From contig CAMYKU010000003.1 in NCBI GenBank assembly GCA_947259105.1, forward strand, positions 74,404-138,403: a DNA stretch of 64,000 nucleotides, given 5' to 3'. A model generated the notes under the pieces. It saw only the letters and a list, made by a program, of their open reading frames with translations. It ran no database searches and was not told the DNA's origin. Both the position numbers and the translations under genes were made by a program. Source of the DNA: an uncultured Alphaproteobacteria bacterium (GTDB lineage Bacteria; Pseudomonadota; Alphaproteobacteria; UBA8366; JADFVY01). Of this stretch, positions 47,401 through 57,298 are shown piece after piece (the stretch's first letter is position 1; every line of letters starts with the position of its first letter).

Positions 47401-48680
47401 CCATTCTCTTCATGTTTCTCGGCCTCGTGGTGCTCGTTCTGCTGAATGTGCCGATCGCGGTGGCGCTGGGGGTGGTCGCCGCAGTGGCCATGGTCGTCAC
47501 CGCCGGGCCCGACATTCTGCCCAACATGGCGCTGGTCATGTTTGACGGATCGACGAAATTCCCGCTGCTGGCGATCCCTCTGTTCATCCTGGCCGGCGCC
47601 ATTATGAACTCGTCGGGTATTTCACGACGCCTGATCGCCTTCGCATCGGCACTGTTGGGGTTCGTGAAAGGCGGTCTGGCGATGGTCAATATCGGGACTT
47701 CGCTGTTTTTCGCCGAAATCTCCGGTTCCGCCGTGGCCGACGTGGCGGCGCTGGGCTCGATTCTGATCCCGGCGATGAAGCGGCGGGGCTATCCGAACGC
47801 ATTTGCGGCGGCCGTGACCTCGTCATCGGCAACGCTGGCCGTCATTATTCCGCCCTCGATCCCGATGATCCTCTACGCCGTGATGGCGGACTCCTCGGTC
47901 GTGCAGCTGTTTGTCGCCGGCGTCGTCCCGGGCCTGCTGGGCGGATTTCTGATGATGTGCGTCGCCTACTGGTTCGCCCGGCGGTACAATTTCCCGGTCG
48001 AGGAATCGTTCCGTCTGCCGCGCGTCTGGGCCACTTTCAAGGACGCGGCATGGGCGTTTCTGCTGCCGGTCATCATTCTGGGCGGCATCTTCGGGGGCAT
48101 TGTGACGGCGACCGAGGGCGCGGCGCTGGCGGTGTTCGCGGCGCTCTTTATCGGCGGCGTGATCTATCGCGAGCTCGACTGGCCGCATCTGCGCGAGGCC
48201 ATGATGGAAGGCGGTGTGCAGACTGCCGTCGTCATGCTGCTCGTCGCCTCTTCGGCGCTGGTCGGGGTGTACCTGACCGAACAGCAGGTGCCGCAGCAAC
48301 TGGCCGCCACCATCAGCGAATTCACACAGAACAGATATGTCGTGCTGGCGTTGCTGAACGTTCTGTTCCTGGTCCTTGGTCTGTTCCTGCATTCGGCCGC
48401 TGCAATCATCCTGGTGGTGCCGATCGTCATCCCCCTGGTCAACGCGGTCGGCATCGATCCCATCCATTTCGGATTGATCGTCACGCTGAACCTCGGCATC
48501 GGGCAGCAGACCCCGCCGGTCGCAAGTGTGCTGATCACCGCCTGCTCGGTGGCCAAAGCGAACATCTGGGAGGTCAGCAAGTACAACGTCTATTTCGTCG
48601 CCGTGCTGGTGTTCGTCTTGATGTTGGTGACCTACGTTCCCATCGTCCCGATGGGTCTGGTGGAACTCATTTACCGTTAG
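47397..48680 (+). CDS. dctM: TRAP transporter large permease DctM
   Basis: It is a 427 aa 12-TM protein with the DctM-family start MTILFMFLGLVVLVLLNVPIAVALG. Confidence 0.85.
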   Translation: MTILFMFLGLVVLVLLNVPIAVALGVVAAVAMVVTAGPDILPNMALVMFDGSTKFPLLAIPLFILAGAIMNSSGISRRLIAFASALLGFVKGGLAMVNIGTSLFFAEISGSAVADVAALGSILIPAMKRRGYPNAFAAAVTSSSATLAVIIPPSIPMILYAVMADSSVVQLFVAGVVPGLLGGFLMMCVAYWFARRYNFPVEESFRLPRVWATFKDAAWAFLLPVIILGGIFGGIVTATEGAALAVFAALFIGGVIYRELDWPHLREAMMEGGVQTAVVMLLVASSALVGVYLTEQQVPQQLAATISEFTQNRYVVLALLNVLFLVLGLFLHSAAAIILVVPIVIPLVNAVGIDPIHFGLIVTLNLGIGQQTPPVASVLITACSVAKANIWEVSKYNVYFVAVLVFVLMLVTYVPIVPMGLVELIYR

Positions 48681-48693
48681 GGAAGGCTGGGCC

Positions 48694-49476
48694 ATGCCGC
48701 ACGACACCATCCTGGTCCGCCGCGATGGCAAGATCGCGACGGTCACGCTGAACCGTCCTGAAAAGCTGAACGCCATGACCAAGCCGATGTGGCAGCGCCT
48801 CGGCGCGGTCATGGAGGAACTCGGGGCCGACGATGAGCTGCGCTGCATCGTGCTGCGCGGGGCTGGCGGCAAGTCCTTTTCGCCGGGCAACGACATCTCG
48901 GAATTCGCAACCGACCGGTCGAATCCCGCGCAGGCCAAGGCATATGGCAAGATCCTGCACCGCACTCTAAGGGCGCTCGGCAACTGCCGCCATCCGACCC
49001 TGGCCCTGATAGAGGGTATCTGCGTGGGCGGCGGGATGGAGATCGCGGGGTTATGCGACCTGCGGATCTGCGGCGAGTCGAGCCGCTTCGGCGTGCCGAT
49101 CAAACAGCTCGGCCTCGTTATGGCCTATCCGGAAATCGCCGCCCTGCAACGGCTGGTTGGCCGGTCGATCGCGCTGGAAATCCTTCTGGAAGGACGCATC
49201 TTCGATGCTGCGGAAGCAATGGAAAAGGGGATCGTCACACGGGTCGTCCCGGACGACAGGGTCGAGGAGGAAGCCTACGCCGCGGCGCAGCGTATCGCCG
49301 AGGGTGCGCCGCTGGTCGCGCGCTGGCACAAGAAATTTGCCGACCGTCTGGAGGACTCTGCGCCCCTGACCGAAAATGAGCTGGACGAAGGCTATGCCTG
49401 TTACGCCACCGAGGATTTCCGCATTGGCTACCAGGCGTTCCTGAACAAGACCAAGCCGGAGTTCGAGGGGCGCTGA
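48694..49476 (+). CDS. Enoyl-CoA hydratase/isomerase (crotonase) family protein
   Basis: It has the crotonase fold motifs RPEKLNAM...LRGAGGKSFSPGNDI...GICVGGGMEIAGLCDLRI. Confidence 0.8.
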   Translation: MPHDTILVRRDGKIATVTLNRPEKLNAMTKPMWQRLGAVMEELGADDELRCIVLRGAGGKSFSPGNDISEFATDRSNPAQAKAYGKILHRTLRALGNCRHPTLALIEGICVGGGMEIAGLCDLRICGESSRFGVPIKQLGLVMAYPEIAALQRLVGRSIALEILLEGRIFDAAEAMEKGIVTRVVPDDRVEEEAYAAAQRIAEGAPLVARWHKKFADRLEDSAPLTENELDEGYACYATEDFRIGYQAFLNKTKPEFEGR

Positions 49477-49478
49477 GC

Positions 49479-50699
49479 ATGGCCGAACGCAGCGGTCCGC
49501 TCAAGGGTGTGAAGGTTATCGAGCTGGCTCATATCATGGCGGGGCCGGTCTGCGGTCTGATGCTTGCCGATATGGGCGCGGACGTCATCAAGGTCGAGAA
49601 AATGCCGGGCGGCGACGACACGCGCCGGTCTGTGCCGCCGGATATCGATGGCGAATCCGCGGCCTTCATGATGATGAATCGCAACAAGCGCGGGATCGCA
49701 GTCAATCTTAAAGACGGGCAGGGCAAGGCGGTGGTGCGCCGCCTGCTACGCGATGCCGACGTGGTGATCGAGAACTACCGCCGCGATACCATGGCGCGGC
49801 TGGGGCTTGGATACGACGTGCTGCAGAAGAGCAATCCCGGCCTGATCTACTGCGAGATTTCCGGGTTCGGTCGCACCGGACCCTATGCCGACCGCGGCGG
49901 CTTTGACCTGATCGCACAGGGCATGTCCGGTCTGATGAGTATTACCGGCGAGGGCCCGGGCCGCCCGCCGGTCAAAGTCGGTGCGCCGGTGAGTGACATC
50001 ACCGCCGGCATTCTCGGGGCGCTGGGCGTGGTTTCCGCTTACATCCACAAGATGCGGACGGGCGAGGGGCAGCGTGTCGATACCTCGTTGTTCGAAGCTG
50101 CCATTGTCCACACCTACTGGCAGTCGGCCATCGCGCTCGCGACCGGCGAATCGCCGGGGCCGATGGGCTCCGCCCACCCGCTGAACGCACCCTATCAGGC
50201 GCTGCGCACCAAGGATGGCTGGGTCAATGTCGGCGCCGCGAACCAGGCCAACTGGCTGCGCCTTCTGGACGCCCTGGATGCACGGAGCCTGGCCGAGGAC
50301 AAGCGCTTCATGGAAAACGCCGACCGTATGGCCCATCTCGACGAACTCGCGGAAGCGCTGGAAGCGCATCTGGCCGCCCGCACGACCGATGAGTGGCTGG
50401 CCGCGTTCGAGGCGGCGGGCCTGCCGGCCGGGCCGGTTCTCGACATTGCCGAGATGCACCGCGACCCGCAGGTTCTGGCCCGCAAGATGGTGACCGAGGC
50501 GGCTCATGCGCGCCTCGGACCGGTCAAAACGCTGGGCCTCCCGGTCAAGTTTTCCGGGACTCCCGGCGGTGTGGTCATGGGGGCGCCGACCTATGGCCAG
50601 CATACGGTCGAAGTGCTGGCCGAGTACGGTTACGGCACCGATGAGATCGAGGCGCTGGCCGCATCCGGTGCGGTCGCGCTGCAGACGGCTGCCGATTAA
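49479..50699 (+). CDS. CoA-transferase family III (CaiB/BaiF) protein
   Basis: The motifs LKGVKVIELAHIMAGPVCG, VENYRRDTMARLGLGYD and the catalytic Asp region GGFDLIAQGMSGLMS are present. Confidence 0.85.
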   Translation: MAERSGPLKGVKVIELAHIMAGPVCGLMLADMGADVIKVEKMPGGDDTRRSVPPDIDGESAAFMMMNRNKRGIAVNLKDGQGKAVVRRLLRDADVVIENYRRDTMARLGLGYDVLQKSNPGLIYCEISGFGRTGPYADRGGFDLIAQGMSGLMSITGEGPGRPPVKVGAPVSDITAGILGALGVVSAYIHKMRTGEGQRVDTSLFEAAIVHTYWQSAIALATGESPGPMGSAHPLNAPYQALRTKDGWVNVGAANQANWLRLLDALDARSLAEDKRFMENADRMAHLDELAEALEAHLAARTTDEWLAAFEAAGLPAGPVLDIAEMHRDPQVLARKMVTEAAHARLGPVKTLGLPVKFSGTPGGVVMGAPTYGQHTVEVLAEYGYGTDEIEALAASGAVALQTAAD

Positions 50700-50846
50700 C
50701 CCGATCTTAAACCTCGCTGCCCCATCATCCCCGAACGAGGATCGGCTGCGCCGCCGCGCGGCGTAGCGGGTTTCCGCGCGTATCGAAGGCCGACCGAGCT
50801 GGTCGAAGAGTGGGCGCGCCATGGTGTTCGGGCTGGAGCCGAAAGA

Positions 50847-52529
50847 ATGAAACTGACGATCAGACTGAAACTCGTGTTCATGGGATCAGTAGCGGTCGTC
50901 GCACTGATCGTGCTGGTTGCGGTTTCCTGGAAAGCGAGCGACGCGGTCGGAAGCGCGACCAGGGGCAACCAGGTCATGCTGCAGGAGGCCCAGACGCTTG
51001 GCGACCTCCGCGTTTCCACCCTAGAGCTGGTGCTTGCCGCCGCGGACTCAATCGTCGACGCGGACGAAGGCTACGTGTACGACGAACGCCTGGAGAGGAT
51101 GGACCGGGGCATTACCGCGCTGCGCGAAAACCAGGTAATCGTGGATACCGTGGCCAGACGCGCGAACAAACCCGAGCTGGCGGCCGAAATAATTGAACTG
51201 ACCAATGTCGCCGACCGCGTGATCCGGGTCGAACTCGTGCAGGCGATCGAGAGCCGTGCCGGCAAGGATGCCTTCGCCCGGTTCGATGACGACATCGACG
51301 AATATGGTGAAGGCCTCGTCGATCTGTTGGCCGAACTCCAGGACCTGGTGGTGTTGGATCTGGCCCGCTCCGGCGCAGCGTTGAATCAGGAGGTCGTGAG
51401 TTCGTCGCAGATTGCGCTGGCCGTGGGCGCGCTTTTCGCCGGCGTTCTCGTCATTGTCATGTCTTTCGTCGGCGTCACCATAACCCGGCCGATTTCACGT
51501 CTCACCCTGGTGATGCGTGAGCTTGCGGGCGGCAATACCAATATAGCGGTATCCGGGCAGGACGGCACCGACGAGGTGTCCGACATGGCTCGTGCCGTGC
51601 AGGTGTTCAAGGACAATGCCGTCGAGAAACGGCAACTCGAGGACGCACAGACAGCGACCCAGCAGCGTGCCTCCGAAGAAAAACGCCAGACTGTGGTCGA
51701 GATGGCCGACCGTTTCGAGTTGCAGGTCAAGAAGGTCGTCGACGGTGTATCCTCTGCCGCCACCGAAATGCAGGTTACGGCGCAGCAGATGTCGGCGACC
51801 GCCGAGGAGACCAGCCGCCAGTCGGCAAACGTGGCGACCGCTTCCGAGGAGGCCGCCGCCAATGTGCAGACGGTGGCGGCGACGGCCGAAGAACTGTCGG
51901 CCTCGATCGCCGAGATCGGGCGGCAGGTCATGCAGTCGGCGAAGATCGCCCAGAACGCGGTGGCCGAGGCCGAGTCGACCAATGAAACCGTATTAGGCCT
52001 GTCGGAAGCCGCCAGCAAGATCGGCGACGTGGTAAAGCTGATCAACGACATTGCCGGGCAGACCAACCTGCTGGCGTTGAACGCAACGATCGAGGCGGCC
52101 CGCGCCGGCGAGGCCGGCAAGGGTTTCGCGGTCGTAGCCCAGGAGGTCAAGAACCTGGCCAACCAGACCGCCCGGGCGACCGAGGAGATCTCGCAGCAGA
52201 TCACGTCCGTCCAGGAGGAGACCAACGATGCCGTCGGCGCGATCGAGAAGATCCGGGCGATCATCGGCGAGGTCAACGAGATCGCGACGACGATCTCCTC
52301 TGCCGTCGAGGAGCAGGGTATCTCCACCCAGGAGATCGCCCGCAACGTCCAGCAGGCGGCCCGCGGCACACAGGACGTCAACCAGAATATCGAGAGCGTT
52401 TCCAGGGCGGTCGGCGAAACAGGCACGGCGGCAGGCCAGGTCCTCGGCGCCTCGCAGGAAATGGCGCGTCAGGCCGAGGGATTGCGCCGCGAAGTCGAAA
52501 AGTTCCTCGGCGAGGTACGCAACGCCTGA
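50847..52529 (+). CDS. Methyl-accepting chemotaxis protein (HAMP plus MCP signalling domain)
   Basis: It has an N-terminal TM segment and periplasmic region, a second TM, a HAMP domain, and the highly conserved MCP signalling domain ([35 protein letters not shown]). Confidence 0.85.
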   Translation: MKLTIRLKLVFMGSVAVVALIVLVAVSWKASDAVGSATRGNQVMLQEAQTLGDLRVSTLELVLAAADSIVDADEGYVYDERLERMDRGITALRENQVIVDTVARRANKPELAAEIIELTNVADRVIRVELVQAIESRAGKDAFARFDDDIDEYGEGLVDLLAELQDLVVLDLARSGAALNQEVVSSSQIALAVGALFAGVLVIVMSFVGVTITRPISRLTLVMRELAGGNTNIAVSGQDGTDEVSDMARAVQVFKDNAVEKRQLEDAQTATQQRASEEKRQTVVEMADRFELQVKKVVDGVSSAATEMQVTAQQMSATAEETSRQSANVATASEEAAANVQTVAATAEELSASIAEIGRQVMQSAKIAQNAVAEAESTNETVLGLSEAASKIGDVVKLINDIAGQTNLLALNATIEAARAGEAGKGFAVVAQEVKNLANQTARATEEISQQITSVQEETNDAVGAIEKIRAIIGEVNEIATTISSAVEEQGISTQEIARNVQQAARGTQDVNQNIESVSRAVGETGTAAGQVLGASQEMARQAEGLRREVEKFLGEVRNA

Positions 52530-52843
52530 TGCGGTCAATTACGGACCTCTGATCCGGCGTGCCCACGCGGCCACGGCGGCTGCTGTGATATTCACGGGTC
52601 ATCCGGGTCCGCTGGCCGTTGCGGCCAGGCAAGAACCGCTCCTGCCATAGGCTTTGTTTGCCCGGAAATGTCTGCCGGAAATGGCCCGTTCACCGTAGAT
52701 ATTTAGGTCTTGCAGACGTGTTCCGGTCTCCTGCGCAATTAGCGGAAGTGCGCGGTTGGTAACCTTTGATTCACTATATTCGGCGACACTTGTGTAAAGT
52801 GGCGCAAAAGCCCGGTCCCGCGAGGAGCAGTGTTGTTGCTGCG

Positions 52844-54256
52844 ATGAGCATCTGGAAGACGAACCTCTCAGAGCTGAACATGTTCAGCTTGCGGTTTCGC
52901 AACAGGATGGCCGAACGGCGTTTCCTGCGCACGCATATGCTCGATTCCCGGCCCGTCATCAGGTTAGGGCTCCTGGCTGGAGCGGTGCTGTACGGCCTGT
53001 TCGGCGTCCTCGATGTCCTGCTCATGCACGAGGCCGTGGAGAAATTCTGGATCGTCAGGTTCGGCTTCGTCTTCCCCGTTGTTTTCGGGGTGCTGATCCT
53101 GACCTACCACCGGAGCTTCGTGCGCTGCGCCCAGGCGGGGCTTTCACTCGCGATGTTTGCCTCCGGAATGGGGATCATCGCGATGACGGTGGTCGGTACG
53201 CCGCCGGCAAGCCATTGGTATTATGCTGGGCTGATCATGGTGGTGATCTATTGCGCCAGTGTCTTGCGCATTCATCACGTTTATTCGTTGATCGTGTCTC
53301 TGATTCTGTTTGGCTTTTACCAGTTGTCCGCGTTCTTCCTGAACCCGGTTCCGTATGAAGTTCTCCTGAGCAACAATTTCTTTCTGGCTATGGCGATCGC
53401 GGTGGGCGCGACAGTAAACTACGTGCAGGAAATCTATCTGCGTCTCAACCATCTCCAGACACGGCTGCTGATGTATGAGAAGGCGGCTTCGGAGAGATTG
53501 CGTCGAAAGGCAGACGCGGCAAACAATGCCAAGACCGAATTCCTGGCCAGCATGAGCCACGAGCTGCGCACCCCGCTCAATGCGATCATCGGGTTTTCGG
53601 AGATCGTGAAGGAAGAGATCCTGGGGCCGCTGGGGACGAGACGCTACAAGAACTACGCCGAGGATATCTATTCCAGCGGCACCCATTTGTTGAATATCAT
53701 CGGCGATATGCTCGACCTTGCAACGGCGGAGGCGGGCAAGCTTTCGTTCGTCGAGTGCGAGGTCGACGTATGCAAGGTCGTGGATGAATGCCTGCGTATG
53801 TTCCGGGTTCCCGATATATCCCATGGTCTCAGGATTTCCGCGTCGTTGCCGCCGGACAGCATCGTCGTGTTGGCTGATCCGGGCCGGCTTCGCCAGGTGA
53901 TCATCAACCTGGTTTCCAATGGGGTCAAATTCACCGAAAGGGGCGGGGATGTCTCCGTTGCCCTCTGGATCGACGAAACTGGCAGTTGCGTCTTGAACGT
54001 ATGCGACAGCGGGATCGGCATGGCGCCGGAAGATCTCGGAAACGCAACCCAACCATTCTATCGGGCGGGGAATCCGTACACCAGCGGGCGCGGCGGGACC
54101 GGGTTGGGGCTTCCCCTTGTGCAAAAAATCATCCAACAGCACGGTGGCCAGCTGACGATAGACAGCAAGCCCGGACAAGGCACCGTCGTGACAATGCGCC
54201 TTCCACCCGAACGCACCGTGGTCAACGCCCCGCGGCCTCTGAAACTGCCGGGTTGA
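52844..54256 (+). CDS. Sensor histidine kinase (membrane N-terminal domain, HisKA, HATPase_c)
   Basis: It has the H-box FLASMSHELRTPLNAIIGFSE, the N box VINLVSNGVKFT, and the G boxes DSGIGM and GGTGLGL. The start is ambiguous: the TTG at 52766 or the Met at 52844 or 52880. Confidence 0.75.
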   Translation: MSIWKTNLSELNMFSLRFRNRMAERRFLRTHMLDSRPVIRLGLLAGAVLYGLFGVLDVLLMHEAVEKFWIVRFGFVFPVVFGVLILTYHRSFVRCAQAGLSLAMFASGMGIIAMTVVGTPPASHWYYAGLIMVVIYCASVLRIHHVYSLIVSLILFGFYQLSAFFLNPVPYEVLLSNNFFLAMAIAVGATVNYVQEIYLRLNHLQTRLLMYEKAASERLRRKADAANNAKTEFLASMSHELRTPLNAIIGFSEIVKEEILGPLGTRRYKNYAEDIYSSGTHLLNIIGDMLDLATAEAGKLSFVECEVDVCKVVDECLRMFRVPDISHGLRISASLPPDSIVVLADPGRLRQVIINLVSNGVKFTERGGDVSVALWIDETGSCVLNVCDSGIGMAPEDLGNATQPFYRAGNPYTSGRGGTGLGLPLVQKIIQQHGGQLTIDSKPGQGTVVTMRLPPERTVVNAPRPLKLPG

Positions 54257-54316
54257 AGCGCTGTCCGCTCACCCGAGAGCGGCCTGAATGGATATTTCTT
54301 CGACCCGGGGAAGACG

Positions 54317-55765
54317 TCAGGGTTTGCGCAGACTCAGCATGTACACCCGGCCGGTCCGGTCGGTCTCGAGTTTGAGCGAGTCGGCCGGCAGGCCTTCCAC
54401 CATGGCCCACATCTGCGACTCATCGCGGTAATAGACGCTCCAGTCACAGATAAATTCCATCGGCCAGAGATTACTGAGGCTGGTGTCCCGCATATTGCCA
54501 ATGACGATGAGGCCGCCCGGCGCCAGCCGGTCGTACAATGAGGCGACCAGGTCGTGTGCCCGCCGATCGGTCAGATAGTCGACAAGACCCACGCTGTATA
54601 TGAAGTCTTGCGGCCCCACGCCGGGGAACACGCGGTTCTTCTTCGCCAGTTCCACAAAGGACAGGTTCAGGCATTGCACAGTGGCCTTGCCATCGTGCCG
54701 CGTGGTTTGCGGATATATTTCGCCATATGCCTGCTCGAGCGCCTCGTGCTCCTGGTCGATCAGCGTAAAGGACGCTCGCCCGGGGATATCATCCGCCTGC
54801 AGAAAATTGGAAACCTCTTTGGCGGGCCCGCTTCCGATGCTGGTGATATGTGTGATCGTGTCCGCCCCCCGGGCCGCGATCTCATCGGCAATCATCTGCT
54901 GTAACATTTGCATGCGGGTGCCAATGCACTCTGCAACTTCGAGGCCGGCGCGGTGTAGAAGCTTGCCGGTCGCGGTCTTTCCCTCGCGCCGCCAGGAATA
55001 GACATTGTTCATCACCTGGTAATCGCCGGGATAGCCGAGCGGTTTCTCGTAACTGCGGCGCCAAATAGGCCCATCCATGAATTCCGGCGTTACCACGAGT
55101 TCGGTAAACTGCTTGGTTGCCCGCAGGCGATCCGGGTCGGACATGATCGGTTCGACCAAAGCGTTGGCGCGTTCCCAGTGCTCACGCCACGCCGGGATAA
55201 TCCGCTCTTCGCAAATCGCCAGCGCCTCGTCCGCCGAACCCTGCGACACCGGGGAACAACCGTTGCCCCGCAGTTCGTGACGCTCCAGGACAGCCCGGAA
55301 GTTCCGCAGCAGATGAAGGACATCGGCGGCGAGCTTCCGGTATGCGGGGTCGACCAGTCCCGCGTCGGGGACCAGGCCGCCGCCGATTTCCAGATCAAGA
55401 AGAAGCCGGTTGCGTTTGCTGATCACCTCCGCGATATCGAGGTAGTCCGAGGTCAGGCCGAGGCCGACTCTTACCCCGCATTTCTGGCGGCCAATCCGGC
55501 ATACCCGCGCCCGCCCTTCGTGCAGAACCATATCGTCAAGCAAAAGCCGGACGGCAAATTCATCGCCGATTCGAGGAGCCCACAGCGCCGATCCGGGTGC
55601 AATCGCGCTGAATCCGGTCATGCTCAGGTCTTCCAGCGCCAAATGGGTATTGTCGATTTCCACCTTGGCGGTCGCCTGTGGAAACAAGTCCCGCGCCTTG
55701 AATCGCTCCGCTCTATAGAATACACGTCGCCCGGACGCGCCGGAAAGGCGTTCGTACGTAAGCAT
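54317..55765 (-). CDS. PilZ-domain protein fused to a class I SAM-dependent methyltransferase
   Basis: The N-terminus has the PilZ c-di-GMP motifs RRVFYR (RxxxR) and DLSMTGFS (DxSxxG). The C-terminal half has methyltransferase motif I ITSIGSGPAKEV, a post-I acidic region FTLIDQE, and motifs II/III DFIYSVGLVDYL and LAPGGLIVIGN. Confidence 0.6.
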   Translation of the reverse strand: MLTYERLSGASGRRVFYRAERFKARDLFPQATAKVEIDNTHLALEDLSMTGFSAIAPGSALWAPRIGDEFAVRLLLDDMVLHEGRARVCRIGRQKCGVRVGLGLTSDYLDIAEVISKRNRLLLDLEIGGGLVPDAGLVDPAYRKLAADVLHLLRNFRAVLERHELRGNGCSPVSQGSADEALAICEERIIPAWREHWERANALVEPIMSDPDRLRATKQFTELVVTPEFMDGPIWRRSYEKPLGYPGDYQVMNNVYSWRREGKTATGKLLHRAGLEVAECIGTRMQMLQQMIADEIAARGADTITHITSIGSGPAKEVSNFLQADDIPGRASFTLIDQEHEALEQAYGEIYPQTTRHDGKATVQCLNLSFVELAKKNRVFPGVGPQDFIYSVGLVDYLTDRRAHDLVASLYDRLAPGGLIVIGNMRDTSLSNLWPMEFICDWSVYYRDESQMWAMVEGLPADSLKLETDRTGRVYMLSLRKP

Positions 55766-55789
55766 ATCACCCTGCCTTCAAAAAACCTC

Positions 55790-56290
55790 TGTCAGTTCAC
55801 TCCTACGATCCTCGTCGAATGCCCCATAAACGAGCGAGGAAAGTATTCGCAATCTTCCATTCAATGGGAAATCGTTTTTAACCCATTGTGCCTCAACATT
55901 TTTTTTTGATGCTACCCCGAACCGAGAAAAAGTGTAAAGCTTTTTTTTCTAGATTTGCAGTAGAGCCAGTTTTTGTTTTTTTACGTGACTTTCAATATCG
56001 ATTCCAAATCAATCATTGACTTGGATACTTTAGTGCACCTCTGTCCCCAGGCTCGTCCGCACGGCCACGTTAGAAGCTACTGTAACAGGATATTACGATA
56101 TGATGGGATTATTATAAAGTGAAAATCCAGACAGATTCTCCCGGATTCGGTTACCCGGAGCGGCGTGCCGGACATGGCCTTATTTCGACTAACTATTTAA
56201 AAACAAGCCATATTCCGTGATATGGCTGAATCATGGCCGACAGTGGCCATGAAGCGCCAGGCAAAGGCGAAACGCCCGGAATCGGCCATT
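55790..56290. other. About 500 bp AT-rich intergenic island (around 40% GC against a roughly 67% background) with poly-T tracts and two palindromes (AGCCATATtccgtgATATGGCT at 56216-56237; ATGGCCgacagtGGCCAT at 56242-56259). It is likely a promoter or silencer region upstream of the PilZ-methyltransferase gene.
   Basis: The composition shift is obvious from the sequence. No ORF with coding bias is present. Confidence 0.5.
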
Positions 56291-56566
56291 GTTATAGTTG
56301 CGAACGGATAATCGCAGCACCGCCGGCTTGAATCTCGATGCGTCGATCGGTCGCGGGCTCATTGCCGGTACCAGACAGGGAAATCTCACGCATATCAGCC
56401 GCGCCTTGCGACTCGCCACTCGAATCCGACCCGGCAGGATGCCGCAGCCCCGAAACCTCTGCTGGCCGGGGGGACAGGCCGCGTTGCGCCGGTCCTGCAG
56501 CGCCCGCGATCGGCGTTGCGAGACAATTGGACGAAACCGATCGCATGGCGACACCCCGCTATTCCG

Positions 56567-57183
56567 CTATTTCCGGGCCACGCGTTCACGGATGCTCCGG
56601 GCCATGGCTTCGACGGTATCTGTCTGGGAAAAGGCGGTGGCGTACAAACCATCCGGATCCATCAGGTAGAGATGGGCTGAGTGATCCATGGCATAGTCGT
56701 CAGTGCCTGTTCCCGTGCCGTCCGACACAGGGACCTTTGCATAGTACGCCCGGTGCGATTTCGCAGCGCTTGCGACCTGTTCCTCGCTGCCCGTCAGGCC
56801 AATGATTCTGGGGTGGAATGCGGCAACGTACGCGCCCACCACCTCCGGCGTGTCGCGGGCGGGATCCACTGTTATGAAGAGCGGCTGCAACGCATCGCCG
56901 TCCGCGCCCAGTTCATCCATCACCAGCGCCACCGTGCCGAGCGTGGTCGGGCAGATATCCGGGCAGTGGGTGAATCCGAAGAAGATCAGTAGCCATGAGC
57001 CACGGAAATCCGCGTCGGTAACCGGCCGGCCGCGCCCGTCGACGAGCGCGAATTCGCCGGTGACGATCTCGCGGGCGATCTCTTCGGCGGTTCGCGCTTT
57101 TTCCGCCTCGCCGACCGGTGCCGGGGTCTTCAGGTTCGTGACATAGGCCGCCGCAAACAATCCGACGGCGGTTGCAGCGGCGA
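56567..57183 (-). CDS. SCO1/SenC family copper chaperone (thioredoxin-like)
   Basis: It has a TM anchor, the metal-binding motif CPDICP, and a downstream conserved His. GAGG precedes the ATG at 57183. The track ORF begins at a TTG at 57256. Confidence 0.8.
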
Positions 57184-57298
57184 ACCAGAGCATCAGCCTC
57201 AACTTGCGCACGATCCCTCTCCAGCCCGGCGGGCATTGATGTTGATCCGGAAGCAAGTGTCAGGGGCCGGCCGAGCGCGACCCCGGGGGTGCGCCCGC

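Noticed and set aside
47823-52538. Minus-strand ORFs 47823-49103, 49746-50822, 51386-52426 and 51993-52538
   Set aside because: They are antisense to dctM, the crotonase, the CoA-transferase and the methyl-accepting chemotaxis protein gene. The chemotaxis-gene shadow is Ser/Ala/Thr-rich, as expected for antisense of Ala/Glu-rich helical repeats.
53144-54178. 344 aa minus-strand ORF
   Set aside because: It is antisense to the sensor histidine kinase.
56231-56805. Short ORFs in the GC-rich spacer between the AT-rich island and the SCO1 gene
   Set aside because: No RBS, no motifs, Arg/Pro/Gly-rich, and they overlap in all frames. Likely non-coding, though a small RNA or leader is possible.
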